In this document: positions 19,263-27,166 of the stretch, in pieces
Position numbering within the stretch: the stretch's first letter is position 1
Layout: every line of letters begins with the position of its first letter
Virus record (IMG/VR): IMGVR_UViG_3300025889_000087
Location: 1-64,000 of that record
Strand: one strand, 5' to 3'
Length of the DNA stretch: 64,000 nt
From: a virus
Notes under the pieces: model-generated
Databases searched by the model: none
What the model saw: only the letters and a program-made list of their open reading frames with translations
What the model was told of the DNA's origin: nothing
Program-made: the position numbers and the translations under genes

Positions 19263-20107
19263 GCAATTGCTACGATGGCTTCCCCGTCTTTATGCGTGTC
19301 GGCTCGTATGTCGTTCACCACAGACAGTGCAGCGTCAAGATTACCCACGCCGGTATTCGCGCCCCATGCTCGCAAATGATGGACAAGAACTTCAGTCGCA
19401 AGATTCGCCCCGCTTTTTTCAGCAAACGGGCAGCCACCAAGACCACCGATAGAGGAATCGAATTGACTGATGCCTGCAAAGATGCCTGCACGAACCAGTC
19501 GGAGAGGCTTTGCTACATCACCCCTGTGGTGAAGATGGAGGGCAGGTTCGACTCCTGCTTCTCGTGCGAGTTGGGCGAAGAGCACCACGTCTTTCTCAGT
19601 CCCAACGCCCACAGTGTCGGCAAACACAACCGTGTTCCCGAACATAGCAGCATCGCGCACCACTGATCGAATAGTGCCTTCGGAAAACACACCGGAATAC
19701 GGAGAGCCAAACGCCATAGAAACGTAGACACGCACGTTTTCCTTGGGGTAGCCGTTGAGGAACGTCCACAATTCATGGACTTTTTCGCTGCGCGTCTTCC
19801 CCATGTTTTTCATGCTGAAATGCTCACAGGGGCTCAAAACGATATTGATTTTCTCGACACCGACTTTGAGAGCCCGCTCAAAACCTCGGCGGTTCATCAC
19901 CAACGCTGAGCCACGACCGCTAAACACTTCTTCTGCGTCTGCCATTTGCGGCACCAATTTTGGGTGCGCAAATGACACTTCTTCGACGTGAACCAAACCC
20001 GCGTCGTAAAGGCAGCGAATCAATTCTCGCTTTTTTTCGCTCGGCACAAAGTCGGACAACGATTGCAGACCGTCACGAGGACCCACCTCGTAGACGGTCA
20101 CGCGCAC
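19259..20107 (-). CDS. Hydroxymethylglutaryl-CoA lyase-like (DRE-TIM metallolyase)
   Basis: YEVGPRDGLQ, ADTVGVG, HLHH, GLGGCPFA and GANLATE motifs. The start may be the GTG at 20101. Confidence 0.88.
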   Translation of the reverse strand: MRVTVYEVGPRDGLQSLSDFVPSEKKRELIRCLYDAGLVHVEEVSFAHPKLVPQMADAEEVFSGRGSALVMNRRGFERALKVGVEKINIVLSPCEHFSMKNMGKTRSEKVHELWTFLNGYPKENVRVYVSMAFGSPYSGVFSEGTIRSVVRDAAMFGNTVVFADTVGVGTEKDVVLFAQLAREAGVEPALHLHHRGDVAKPLRLVRAGIFAGISQFDSSIGGLGGCPFAEKSGANLATEVLVHHLRAWGANTGVGNLDAALSVVNDIRADTHKDGEAIVAIA

Positions 20108-20535
20108 GAGAAGGGCCCCCTCAGACGGTTATAGACGAATGCTGCTTTAGGGGGAATTGCAGAATACCACTGTGCAAGCATTGGCGTTTGGGAATAGGAC
20201 AGGGACATTGGCTTGAATGCTTCTTGGAGAGCGATAAGATGCTCCGCGACTTCCTCACGCGGGACATTTGGTTGGGCCCATTCTCCTTCGGTGGAGAGAT
20301 CGAGAATGCACATTCGATAGAGAATGATGGCTCCGTTGGCTTCAGCCGCGCAATCGTCATGCGTATGCAGGCCGAACGCATCCAAGCCCTCTTTCCACAC
20401 CTTCACGACCTGCTCCAAGGCATCGCAGAAAAGGAGGGCGTCTTGAACCGTCTGAATGTTGTCGGACGACGCAATCAGCCGACCATGATCAGAATCCTTG
20501 AGCATGAGGGCCGCAATTGAGCGGTAGTCCGACAT
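20098..20535 (-). CDS. Hypothetical protein
   Basis: ORF in the operon; start set at MSDYRS. Confidence 0.55.
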   Translation of the reverse strand: MSDYRSIAALMLKDSDHGRLIASSDNIQTVQDALLFCDALEQVVKVWKEGLDAFGLHTHDDCAAEANGAIILYRMCILDLSTEGEWAQPNVPREEVAEHLIALQEAFKPMSLSYSQTPMLAQWYSAIPPKAAFVYNRLRGPFSCA

Positions 20536-20572
20536 AACCCTTCCTCGCATCATATGGTAATGAGGGAAGCGG

Positions 20573-21283
20573 TCATCCCTCGTCAAGAACCCCCGCTTCG
20601 GTGAGAGCATTTCGCAGGACGCGCCATTCTTCAGGGGACTTCTCGGAGAAGTGGGCCTGAATCACGGTCAGGACGTTCACCTGCTGCGACTCTTCAATGG
20701 TCGTAGCAGCCGTCAGGTATTCCGCCAAGTCGGAGAGCGTGTCGCGGATTTCACGGTGCAATTTCACCGCGGTGTCCAAGCCCTTGAAGTCAAGAATGCC
20801 CGACTCGACGCGCTCCGCATTCATCAAATCCATGTGATCGTTGAACACGTCGTTCAGCCGGTTCAGGTTCCGCTCAGTCCGCCGCATGGCGTCACTGACG
20901 CTCGTAATCGCGTTGGGAATGTTCTCAATCTGCGCTTGGCGTTGAATGATGGGCGCGGCGTGCCGTTCCATGTGGTGAGACACTGCCGTTTCCGTCATTT
21001 CCAATTCGACGGCCATGTCTGCAATACCGGCAATACCTCCGAGCACGGCTGCCTCAATTGCACTGCGCTCAGGATGGGTGCAAATGGGGCATTCAGAATT
21101 GCTTGCATTGTGGTATTCGCCGGAATGGCGGCGCATGTGTCGATGAGCCGTTCCTTCAGCCCACGACTGGTCGCGATCCAAATCCCCGACTTCAAGCAGA
21201 CCGATTCGCACGTTCTGCTCGTATTCATCACGGCGCGGGTGTTGGCAGAAGGGGCAATTGCGCCGAGTCTGCCTCCCCGTCAT
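20573..21283 (-). CDS. Tandem Zn-finger/HTH DNA-binding protein (terminase small subunit candidate)
   Basis: Two CPxCxHP...HxxRH repeats followed by a coiled coil. Confidence 0.5.
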   Translation of the reverse strand: MTGRQTRRNCPFCQHPRRDEYEQNVRIGLLEVGDLDRDQSWAEGTAHRHMRRHSGEYHNASNSECPICTHPERSAIEAAVLGGIAGIADMAVELEMTETAVSHHMERHAAPIIQRQAQIENIPNAITSVSDAMRRTERNLNRLNDVFNDHMDLMNAERVESGILDFKGLDTAVKLHREIRDTLSDLAEYLTAATTIEESQQVNVLTVIQAHFSEKSPEEWRVLRNALTEAGVLDEG

Positions 21284-21306
21284 GCTACATACACGCTCTC
21301 ATGCTC

Positions 21307-21459
21307 TTAAGGCCCTTTCGGGATGTGTTGATTGCAGAACATGCCGTTTTCACGGGTCGGTGTGGCCTTGCACTGATTGCCGGAGCGGGTCGTGGCTTGG
21401 CATTGGTTGAATACCTTCGGCTCATCACGAACCTCCTGTGTTTGTTGAAGGGCCTGCAT
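21307..21459 (-). CDS. C3H Zn-finger ORF (CQATTRSGNQCK...FCNQH); possibly a +1 frameshift extension of the upstream membrane protein
   Basis: Manual translation; not in the ORF track (50 aa from the ATG; frame is open back past 21492). Confidence 0.6.
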   Translation of the reverse strand: MQALQQTQEVRDEPKVFNQCQATTRSGNQCKATPTRENGMFCNQHIPKGP

Positions 21460-21481
21460 CGGAGGCAGGTATTGCGGCCCC

Positions 21482-21736
21482 TCAAGTCCGAAAGGATGCG
21501 AATTGCCGAATGGCGACCGAGAAAGTCAAAATGAGTCCAAAGAACGCGCTCATCATCTGCCCTGCCGAGAGGCTACCGCCCTTCCACACGAGGATAACGA
21601 AAGCCACGAGCATGAACGTGATGATGTAGATCATCGTTGCGCTTTCAACGAGCATCTTTCGTGGACTGAACAAATCCACGCTCGCACTGGCCCAATTCAT
21701 TTCAGCGGGACGTTCCTTTGCTTTTTCCATCGTCAA
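21482..21736 (-). CDS. Small two-TM membrane protein
   Basis: Hydrophobic helices MIYIITFMLVAFVILVW and MMSAFFGLILTFSVAI. Confidence 0.7.
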   Translation of the reverse strand: MTMEKAKERPAEMNWASASVDLFSPRKMLVESATMIYIITFMLVAFVILVWKGGSLSAGQMMSAFFGLILTFSVAIRQFASFRT

Positions 21737-22368
21737 ATCATCACCGCCCCTGCTGCACCGCCAACCTTAGCCGCAGTGGCACCAAAACCACCTTGGGTTT
21801 GAATTGCGTTGCCCATCATACCTCCAATCAAGTTCCCAAAGAATCCCGGCTGCTGCTGTTGCGGCATCATCCCACCCTGCTGATGAGCCATGAGGAACAT
21901 TTGGATTTGCTGCTGATTGGCCGTAATAGAGGACTGTGCCGCCTGTTGCACCTGCTGAAGTGTAAGGGCCAAGTTCTCCTGCGAAAGCGTCTGCAATTGG
22001 TGAGGCATTGACGCAAAGTCCACCTTCATGTGGTCGCCTTCCTGCTTAAGCGTTGCAGCGGCGAAGAACTCCTTGAGCGAGAGCATGACGACTTCGCTAA
22101 TCAAATCCATGACAAGGCCCATGTTTTGCGTCACAACGAATGCCGACACGGGATCATGAAGGCCGAGAAGGCGGGAAGTGGCGATGACCGGATCGTTGGC
22201 TTGTTGCTGCATCATGGGGTTCTGAGCAAAAGCCATCATAGCGGTCGGGTCTTGCCCCCATCCCATGGGTTGCTGCTGCATCATGCCCATGCCACCCATG
22301 CCACCCATGCTACCAACGCCGAATTGCTGCGGCTGCGGTTGGTTGTTGTTTCTACCGAAAAGTCCCAT
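21733..22368 (-). CDS. Gln/Gly/Met-rich protein
   Basis: 211-aa ORF with a GAGGTGA SD upstream. Confidence 0.7.
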   Translation of the reverse strand: MGLFGRNNNQPQPQQFGVGSMGGMGGMGMMQQQPMGWGQDPTAMMAFAQNPMMQQQANDPVIATSRLLGLHDPVSAFVVTQNMGLVMDLISEVVMLSLKEFFAAATLKQEGDHMKVDFASMPHQLQTLSQENLALTLQQVQQAAQSSITANQQQIQMFLMAHQQGGMMPQQQQPGFFGNLIGGMMGNAIQTQGGFGATAAKVGGAAGAVMI

Positions 22369-22377
22369 TCATTCACC

Positions 22378-23274
22378 TCATGCGGTCAGCATTGTTTCAG
22401 GCACCGCCATTTGCCTTTGCGGATTCAAACCAACTGCTACTTGTTGGCTCATTTGCTCCATTTGCAGTGCTCGCAAATCAAAGGTAATCGTGACGAGATC
22501 GGCAACGCCAGTCATCGGGTTCGGATGTTGGTTGATGACTACACCCTTTGAATGTTGGGCATCCATTTGCACCATGCGGAAGAATTGCTCGTATTTCATC
22601 AGCGACTCCGGCGTAGAGCGATTCTGCTTTGTGCTGCCACTCATACCGGGAACACGGAGGAAACGGGTGCCCTTTGACGTAGCAGGGGCGAAGCCGTCTT
22701 CAGCCAACTGGTGCTCTTCGACAAGACACCGCAACGTGTGGTAGATGTGCAGGTGGGCGGGACATAGCGTCGAGTTCATCTCATCCCCGTGGTCCCCGTG
22801 TGTGCGTGCGTGAGGCTTTCGTGCCTGCCCCGTGTCCTCGTCAAACCAATAAATGTCGGCCAATGAGAGTCCGGTGCGTTCATCTGAAATGTGATTATAG
22901 GCATTGTCGCCCTCAAGGAAACGGCGCACGTCCACGCCGCAACAGGCACATTCGTGCGCTGCGTTATAACGATACACCTTGAACAGACCAAGGTTGTAAT
23001 TTGGTGGACGGAGAGCCTTTCGCAGAATCTTGATGTTCTTACGGCGAGCCTTACCCGGATTCTTTGGATTGGTCTTGAGACGCACTTCAACTGTCGGCAT
23101 CATCATGTCTTCGTCCATGCCCGAACCCTGAGATCCCGCGCTCGCCATTTCAGCCCGCTGCTGCGCTTTGAGCAATTCAAAGGCCACGCCGGTATGTCCG
23201 GCGAGGGAGCGCAGTTCATCGTCGGAAAGACCTTTCAGGCTCATGCCGCCGCCCATAAACGGGATGAATTGCAT
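22378..23274 (-). CDS. Hypothetical Zn-binding protein
   Basis: CACC...LCPAH; 298 aa. Confidence 0.65.
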   Translation of the reverse strand: MQFIPFMGGGMSLKGLSDDELRSLAGHTGVAFELLKAQQRAEMASAGSQGSGMDEDMMMPTVEVRLKTNPKNPGKARRKNIKILRKALRPPNYNLGLFKVYRYNAAHECACCGVDVRRFLEGDNAYNHISDERTGLSLADIYWFDEDTGQARKPHARTHGDHGDEMNSTLCPAHLHIYHTLRCLVEEHQLAEDGFAPATSKGTRFLRVPGMSGSTKQNRSTPESLMKYEQFFRMVQMDAQHSKGVVINQHPNPMTGVADLVTITFDLRALQMEQMSQQVAVGLNPQRQMAVPETMLTA

Positions 23275-23324
23275 GACTTCCCCGTTCTATGTGAGGGCTG
23301 ACATAATGAAAAGGCTTCCGCTGC

Positions 23325-24053
23325 TCAAAGCAAGTCTACGGTATCAATCACTGCTCTTTCCACATTCAATCCAAATTGCGCAGCAATTGCTTCTACGTTA
23401 GTCGCCACCGCGGCTTTCCTCAGCCTCCGCAATTCATGTTGAAAAGGGAGGACTAAGGGGTGCTGCCGCTTGAAGCCATGCTCCCACATGTTCGCTGCCT
23501 GAAGATCCCACCAAAGGTCCATTTTATTCAGCAAAAGGCAGACCACCTTCGGTTTGAACATCTTCGCTCGTTTGCGTTGAACGCGGTTCAGCGTTTCGGG
23601 AATGTGTTTGTTCGTTATCAAGTCCACAATGTATTGAAAACCCGCCACGGCTTCTTGGCGAAGGTATTCCGAATAGAGAATCCGATGGTCGATGACATAG
23701 AACACAATGCTCACGTTGCGTTCGACCATATCTTCAGCCCACAGGTTCCAATAACGGCTTTCACCGCCAACGTCGGCTGAAGTCACGGGGACCTTCCGCC
23801 CATTCCACCGGACCTGCTTCTTTGTGCTATGAGGGCGATCCACCTTCCCGTGCCGCACGGGGTGGGTTGTCCGCAATTCGTGAGGAATGGGCTCGATGTC
23901 GCCGGGAACGGTCAAGAATTGGTCGAGAGTCGTTTTACCGCTAAGGGAGGGGCCATAGACACCAAAGCGGTGAGGGCGAATGATGCGATAGAGGTATGCC
24001 GCCAATTGCGCCGAGCCCATCAGGACGTGGCCGACGAAGATCCAAGACGACAT
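23325..24053 (-). CDS. Small Ras-superfamily GTPase, Arf-like
   Basis: G1 GPSLSGKTT, G2 RTT, G3 DVGGE(SRYWNLW), G4 LNKMD, G5-like IAA; N-terminal hydrophobic helix. Confidence 0.85.
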   Translation of the reverse strand: MSSWIFVGHVLMGSAQLAAYLYRIIRPHRFGVYGPSLSGKTTLDQFLTVPGDIEPIPHELRTTHPVRHGKVDRPHSTKKQVRWNGRKVPVTSADVGGESRYWNLWAEDMVERNVSIVFYVIDHRILYSEYLRQEAVAGFQYIVDLITNKHIPETLNRVQRKRAKMFKPKVVCLLLNKMDLWWDLQAANMWEHGFKRQHPLVLPFQHELRRLRKAAVATNVEAIAAQFGLNVERAVIDTVDLL

Positions 24054-24062
24054 GACTTCCCC

Positions 24063-24290
24063 TCAACCGCGGTGAAACATCCAGTCCCACACGGTCGTTG
24101 GGGTCACGCTCAAAAATGCGTCGAGGCCAACCATGACAAGGAACGTCAGGCAATTGCCGACGACAAAGGAGAGAATAGCCTTGAAGGTCCACGTCATGCG
24201 CTCAAGACGCCGCTCATATGCGTTTTCAGCAAGAATGCTCGCCATCGCTTCCGCTTGGCGTTCCTGCTGCGTGTTGAACGGCCACGCCAT
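24063..24290 (-). CDS. Small single-TM membrane protein
   Basis: AILSFVVGNCLTFLVMVGLDAFL. Confidence 0.7.
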   Translation of the reverse strand: MAWPFNTQQERQAEAMASILAENAYERRLERMTWTFKAILSFVVGNCLTFLVMVGLDAFLSVTPTTVWDWMFHRG

Positions 24291-24299
24291 GAATCCCCC

Positions 24300-24731
24300 T
24301 CACTGGGCGTCCTTCTTTTCACCTTCGTTTTGTTGAGGGACGCCGAATTGCGACATGCCAATGCCATAAGGAGGGTATTCATTTCGCTGCGTGTCCTTCC
24401 GAATACGTCGTTGCTGAAGGCGGGCCTGCTGCTGATACCACTTGTCGTAGCGTGACTCTTGGGCAAACTCCGCACGCATGGCGAGCGAATCACGAAGACC
24501 ACCGACGTGAAAGAGCACCATAGAAATGCACAGGAACCCGAAGGTAATGAGGCCGTATTGCAGCCCCATTTCAGCGGGGCCTGCATCCGGCAAATACCAG
24601 TCGAGATGGCTCAGCGTGACTGATACGCCTACGAGCAACGATTGCCACAAAAGCATGGCGATCAGGTTGATGTCAATACGGTTCTCATCCAATGCGGCCC
24701 ATGGTGGTATGGGCGGGTTGTTTTGCTGCAT
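24300..24731 (-). CDS. Two-TM membrane protein with charged C-terminal tail
   Basis: LIAMLLWQSLLVGVSVTL and YGLITFGFLCISMVLF. Confidence 0.7.
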   Translation of the reverse strand: MQQNNPPIPPWAALDENRIDINLIAMLLWQSLLVGVSVTLSHLDWYLPDAGPAEMGLQYGLITFGFLCISMVLFHVGGLRDSLAMRAEFAQESRYDKWYQQQARLQQRRIRKDTQRNEYPPYGIGMSQFGVPQQNEGEKKDAQ

Positions 24732-24874
24732 TATTTTGCCCCCTTGTCTTGTTGATGAGCAAAATAGAACGCAAGAACGTGATTGACGAAGGAGGACTTC
24801 GACTCACGCCCACGCGCGGCTTCCATCTTTGCGAACAAATCGTCCGCCATAACGACGGAGACGTGTCGGCTCAT
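24731..24874 (-). CDS. Ribbon-helix-helix DNA-binding protein
   Basis: MSRHVSVVMADDLFAKMEAARGRESKSSFVNHVL fits the CopG/RHH pattern. Confidence 0.7.
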   Translation of the reverse strand: MSRHVSVVMADDLFAKMEAARGRESKSSFVNHVLAFYFAHQQDKGAK

Positions 24875-24912
24875 CAGCCCTCCCACGCTTGTTATGCCTA
24901 TGAAGGTTCTCA

Positions 24913-25992
24913 TCAGTGATATAGCACAGACCACCCAACCGCGAATGCGTCTTGGGATTTGCCGAACAGTTTTCCCTGCTCCATGTATCGTTGTTGTGGG
25001 TAGTGCTTGAACCAGTCCAAACCGGGAATGTTGGCATACGCAATCATTTCAGGTCGAGGGCCTCGTTCCGCTCCTTTGCCCCCGCTTCTGTCCATTCGTG
25101 TATTCAACACAGTGTCGAACCCCTCGGCGTCGTAAAACGGGCGAGCAAATGCTGAATTGAAAGCAACAACCGGAAGCCCCTGCCTCGCCAAGCCCCCCGC
25201 CCATTCGGCCATTGGTTGCTGAAGATCGTCAAAGCCACCCGGCGTGTAGGTCCCCCGTTCCATGTAATACGGCGAGTCAAGAACGAGGAAATCCTCTTCG
25301 GGGATAATGAGGCCGTTTTCCATCACTTCTTCAATGCCCATGTTGCGCAAATCCCAACCCTGCATCAATGGTGCGTAGTGTGAATAATCCCAAGATGGGG
25401 GATATTTGATGGGGCTTCCGTATGGGAGATCGGTGTAATTTCCGAAATCACCCCGCGCACCCCCCTGCCAACCTGATTGTTGCATCATCAGCCACATTTG
25501 CGCCATCAGCATTTTCTCTTCGGGACTCCTTTCTTCTTGAGGGGGCAGGTTGAGCATAAGATCATTCACTGAGCCCTGACTCGGGGGCCATGAACCCATC
25601 CCCGTCGGCGTTCCGCCGCGAAGCCTCTCATAGTATGTCTCCTTGTCCACGACATCATCTTCATTGGTGAATTGCGACCAATCAACGCTAAATCCGTCAG
25701 GATTCTGAATGTGAGCGAACGCATTTATGAGGTTCGGGTTGAGGTCGGACAACAAAGCCCGTTCGGGTTGCAGGTTCAGGGGAATGTTCCCACCGCCAAG
25801 GAATGGATCGACAAGGCGACGATGACGACCCACACGATTGAATGCGTCACGGAGGGGGCCAATGTAGTGAGGTCGGCCCTTGCTTCCTTGCCACCTTAGC
25901 GGGGAAGGGACGCGGGTTTTTCCCGTAATGTCTTGCATGGCTGCCCACGCTGCTTTTTCAGGTGTCATTTTGCGACCGCGAACTTCCATCAT
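24913..25992 (-). CDS. Dam-like (D12 class) N6-adenine DNA methyltransferase
   Basis: PSPLRWQGSK, DPFLGGG, SDLNPNLIN and catalytic-like LDSPY (DPPY variant). Confidence 0.8.
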   Translation of the reverse strand: MMEVRGRKMTPEKAAWAAMQDITGKTRVPSPLRWQGSKGRPHYIGPLRDAFNRVGRHRRLVDPFLGGGNIPLNLQPERALLSDLNPNLINAFAHIQNPDGFSVDWSQFTNEDDVVDKETYYERLRGGTPTGMGSWPPSQGSVNDLMLNLPPQEERSPEEKMLMAQMWLMMQQSGWQGGARGDFGNYTDLPYGSPIKYPPSWDYSHYAPLMQGWDLRNMGIEEVMENGLIIPEEDFLVLDSPYYMERGTYTPGGFDDLQQPMAEWAGGLARQGLPVVAFNSAFARPFYDAEGFDTVLNTRMDRSGGKGAERGPRPEMIAYANIPGLDWFKHYPQQRYMEQGKLFGKSQDAFAVGWSVLYH

Positions 25993-26002
25993 AATTCCCC
26001 CA

Positions 26003-27166
26003 TCATGCCTTCGTCCCCGCCCAATTTGGCCCAAACTGCAATTGCATGGCCCGCTCCATCTCGTCTTCGGTCAATTGCCGTTTGCCGTTTTTATCATGGT
26101 GTAGATAAGCGATGGTGACTGTCGGGTCCCAACAGGCACGGCAACCAAGGTCGCCCGTGCGCGGGTCAATGTTTGAATTGCAGTTCGACTTTGTTCCCCT
26201 CAGTGTTTTGGGACAAACGACCGAGTTCCTGCCCACCGCGTCGTATGTGGATGCTGAAATGCGCGGATGGCGCAGCAAATCAGCGATATTCGTTCCTGCG
26301 TATTCCGCATCGGGGCTGAGGGTGTCCATGGTTTCCCGTCCGGGCAACGAAATGCGCACGTTCACGTTTGATGGGAAAGCGTCGTCTTCCCACCCGCGAG
26401 CGTCGAGGAATTGCTCAAGGAAAGGCAATTGGCGAGTCGCCATCCAAAACCGCATATTCTCATGGGGCAGGGCTTGAGCCGCCAGATCGCTCACCTGCGA
26501 ATAGGAGCCGGGTCCCCGTGCGTCACCGGCAGTGAAAACGCGCACTGGAACACCGCTTGCCGATTCACGCCGCGAGATGTTTTGACTTGCGTCGTTATAG
26601 AGGACTTCTTGCATTCCCGACATGAAGGGATCAGAATCACCGAGGGCTTGGTCTATTCTCGCCCACAGGTTGTTTTGGACGTTGTTCATCGGATAACGGT
26701 TTTCACAAGCGTAGCAGTGTCCACACGCTGAGTCAGGGTCATTCCGCGTGGCGTAAATGCAGGCTTCGGGTGGGAAATCCATGATACCAATACCGGGCAT
26801 GGCCTCGGTGGTCGTGAAGCGCGAAAAGGCATCCCGTGCTCCCTGCTTCGTCGCGGGCAGGTTCAAGTCCCGAGCGACTTCAGACCACGGGGCAATTTCA
26901 CGACCTTCAAGTGGATAATCGACCAAACGCGGCTTCCCGTCGTCGTCACGCAACCAATCCCGCCATTTCCCTTGATTTGCGTTAAGCCAATCGAAGATTT
27001 CCTGATTACCACCACCGCCCTGTGCATATGTTCCCGACTGTTGCGGTGTCGGGTGGCTCCCGCCATACCGCTTATCCCACCAAAACATCTCATCCGGATC
27101 GCCCAATGCCTTCAGCAACACCCCGACGAGGGGCTCAAGGGCAATTGAACGGAGAATTATGCTCAC
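26003..27166 (-). CDS. Phage Gp88-like Cys-rich protein
   Basis: C..(DSA)CGHCYA, VRVFTAGD, FWMATR, PSNVNVRIS, VCP and CRACW. Confidence 0.65.
   Translation of the reverse strand: MSIILRSIALEPLVGVLLKALGDPDEMFWWDKRYGGSHPTPQQSGTYAQGGGGNQEIFDWLNANQGKWRDWLRDDDGKPRLVDYPLEGREIAPWSEVARDLNLPATKQGARDAFSRFTTTEAMPGIGIMDFPPEACIYATRNDPDSACGHCYACENRYPMNNVQNNLWARIDQALGDSDPFMSGMQEVLYNDASQNISRRESASGVPVRVFTAGDARGPGSYSQVSDLAAQALPHENMRFWMATRQLPFLEQFLDARGWEDDAFPSNVNVRISLPGRETMDTLSPDAEYAGTNIADLLRHPRISASTYDAVGRNSVVCPKTLRGTKSNCNSNIDPRTGDLGCRACWDPTVTIAYLHHDKNGKRQLTEDEMERAMQLQFGPNWAGTKA

Noticed and set aside
21285-21485. 66-aa ORF from the track
   Set aside because: An overlapping frame encodes a clear Zn finger and is more plausible.
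7352-24909. GAACCTTCAT upstream of the genes starting at 7319 and 24874 as a late promoter
   Set aside because: Only two good copies with different spacing; insufficient support.
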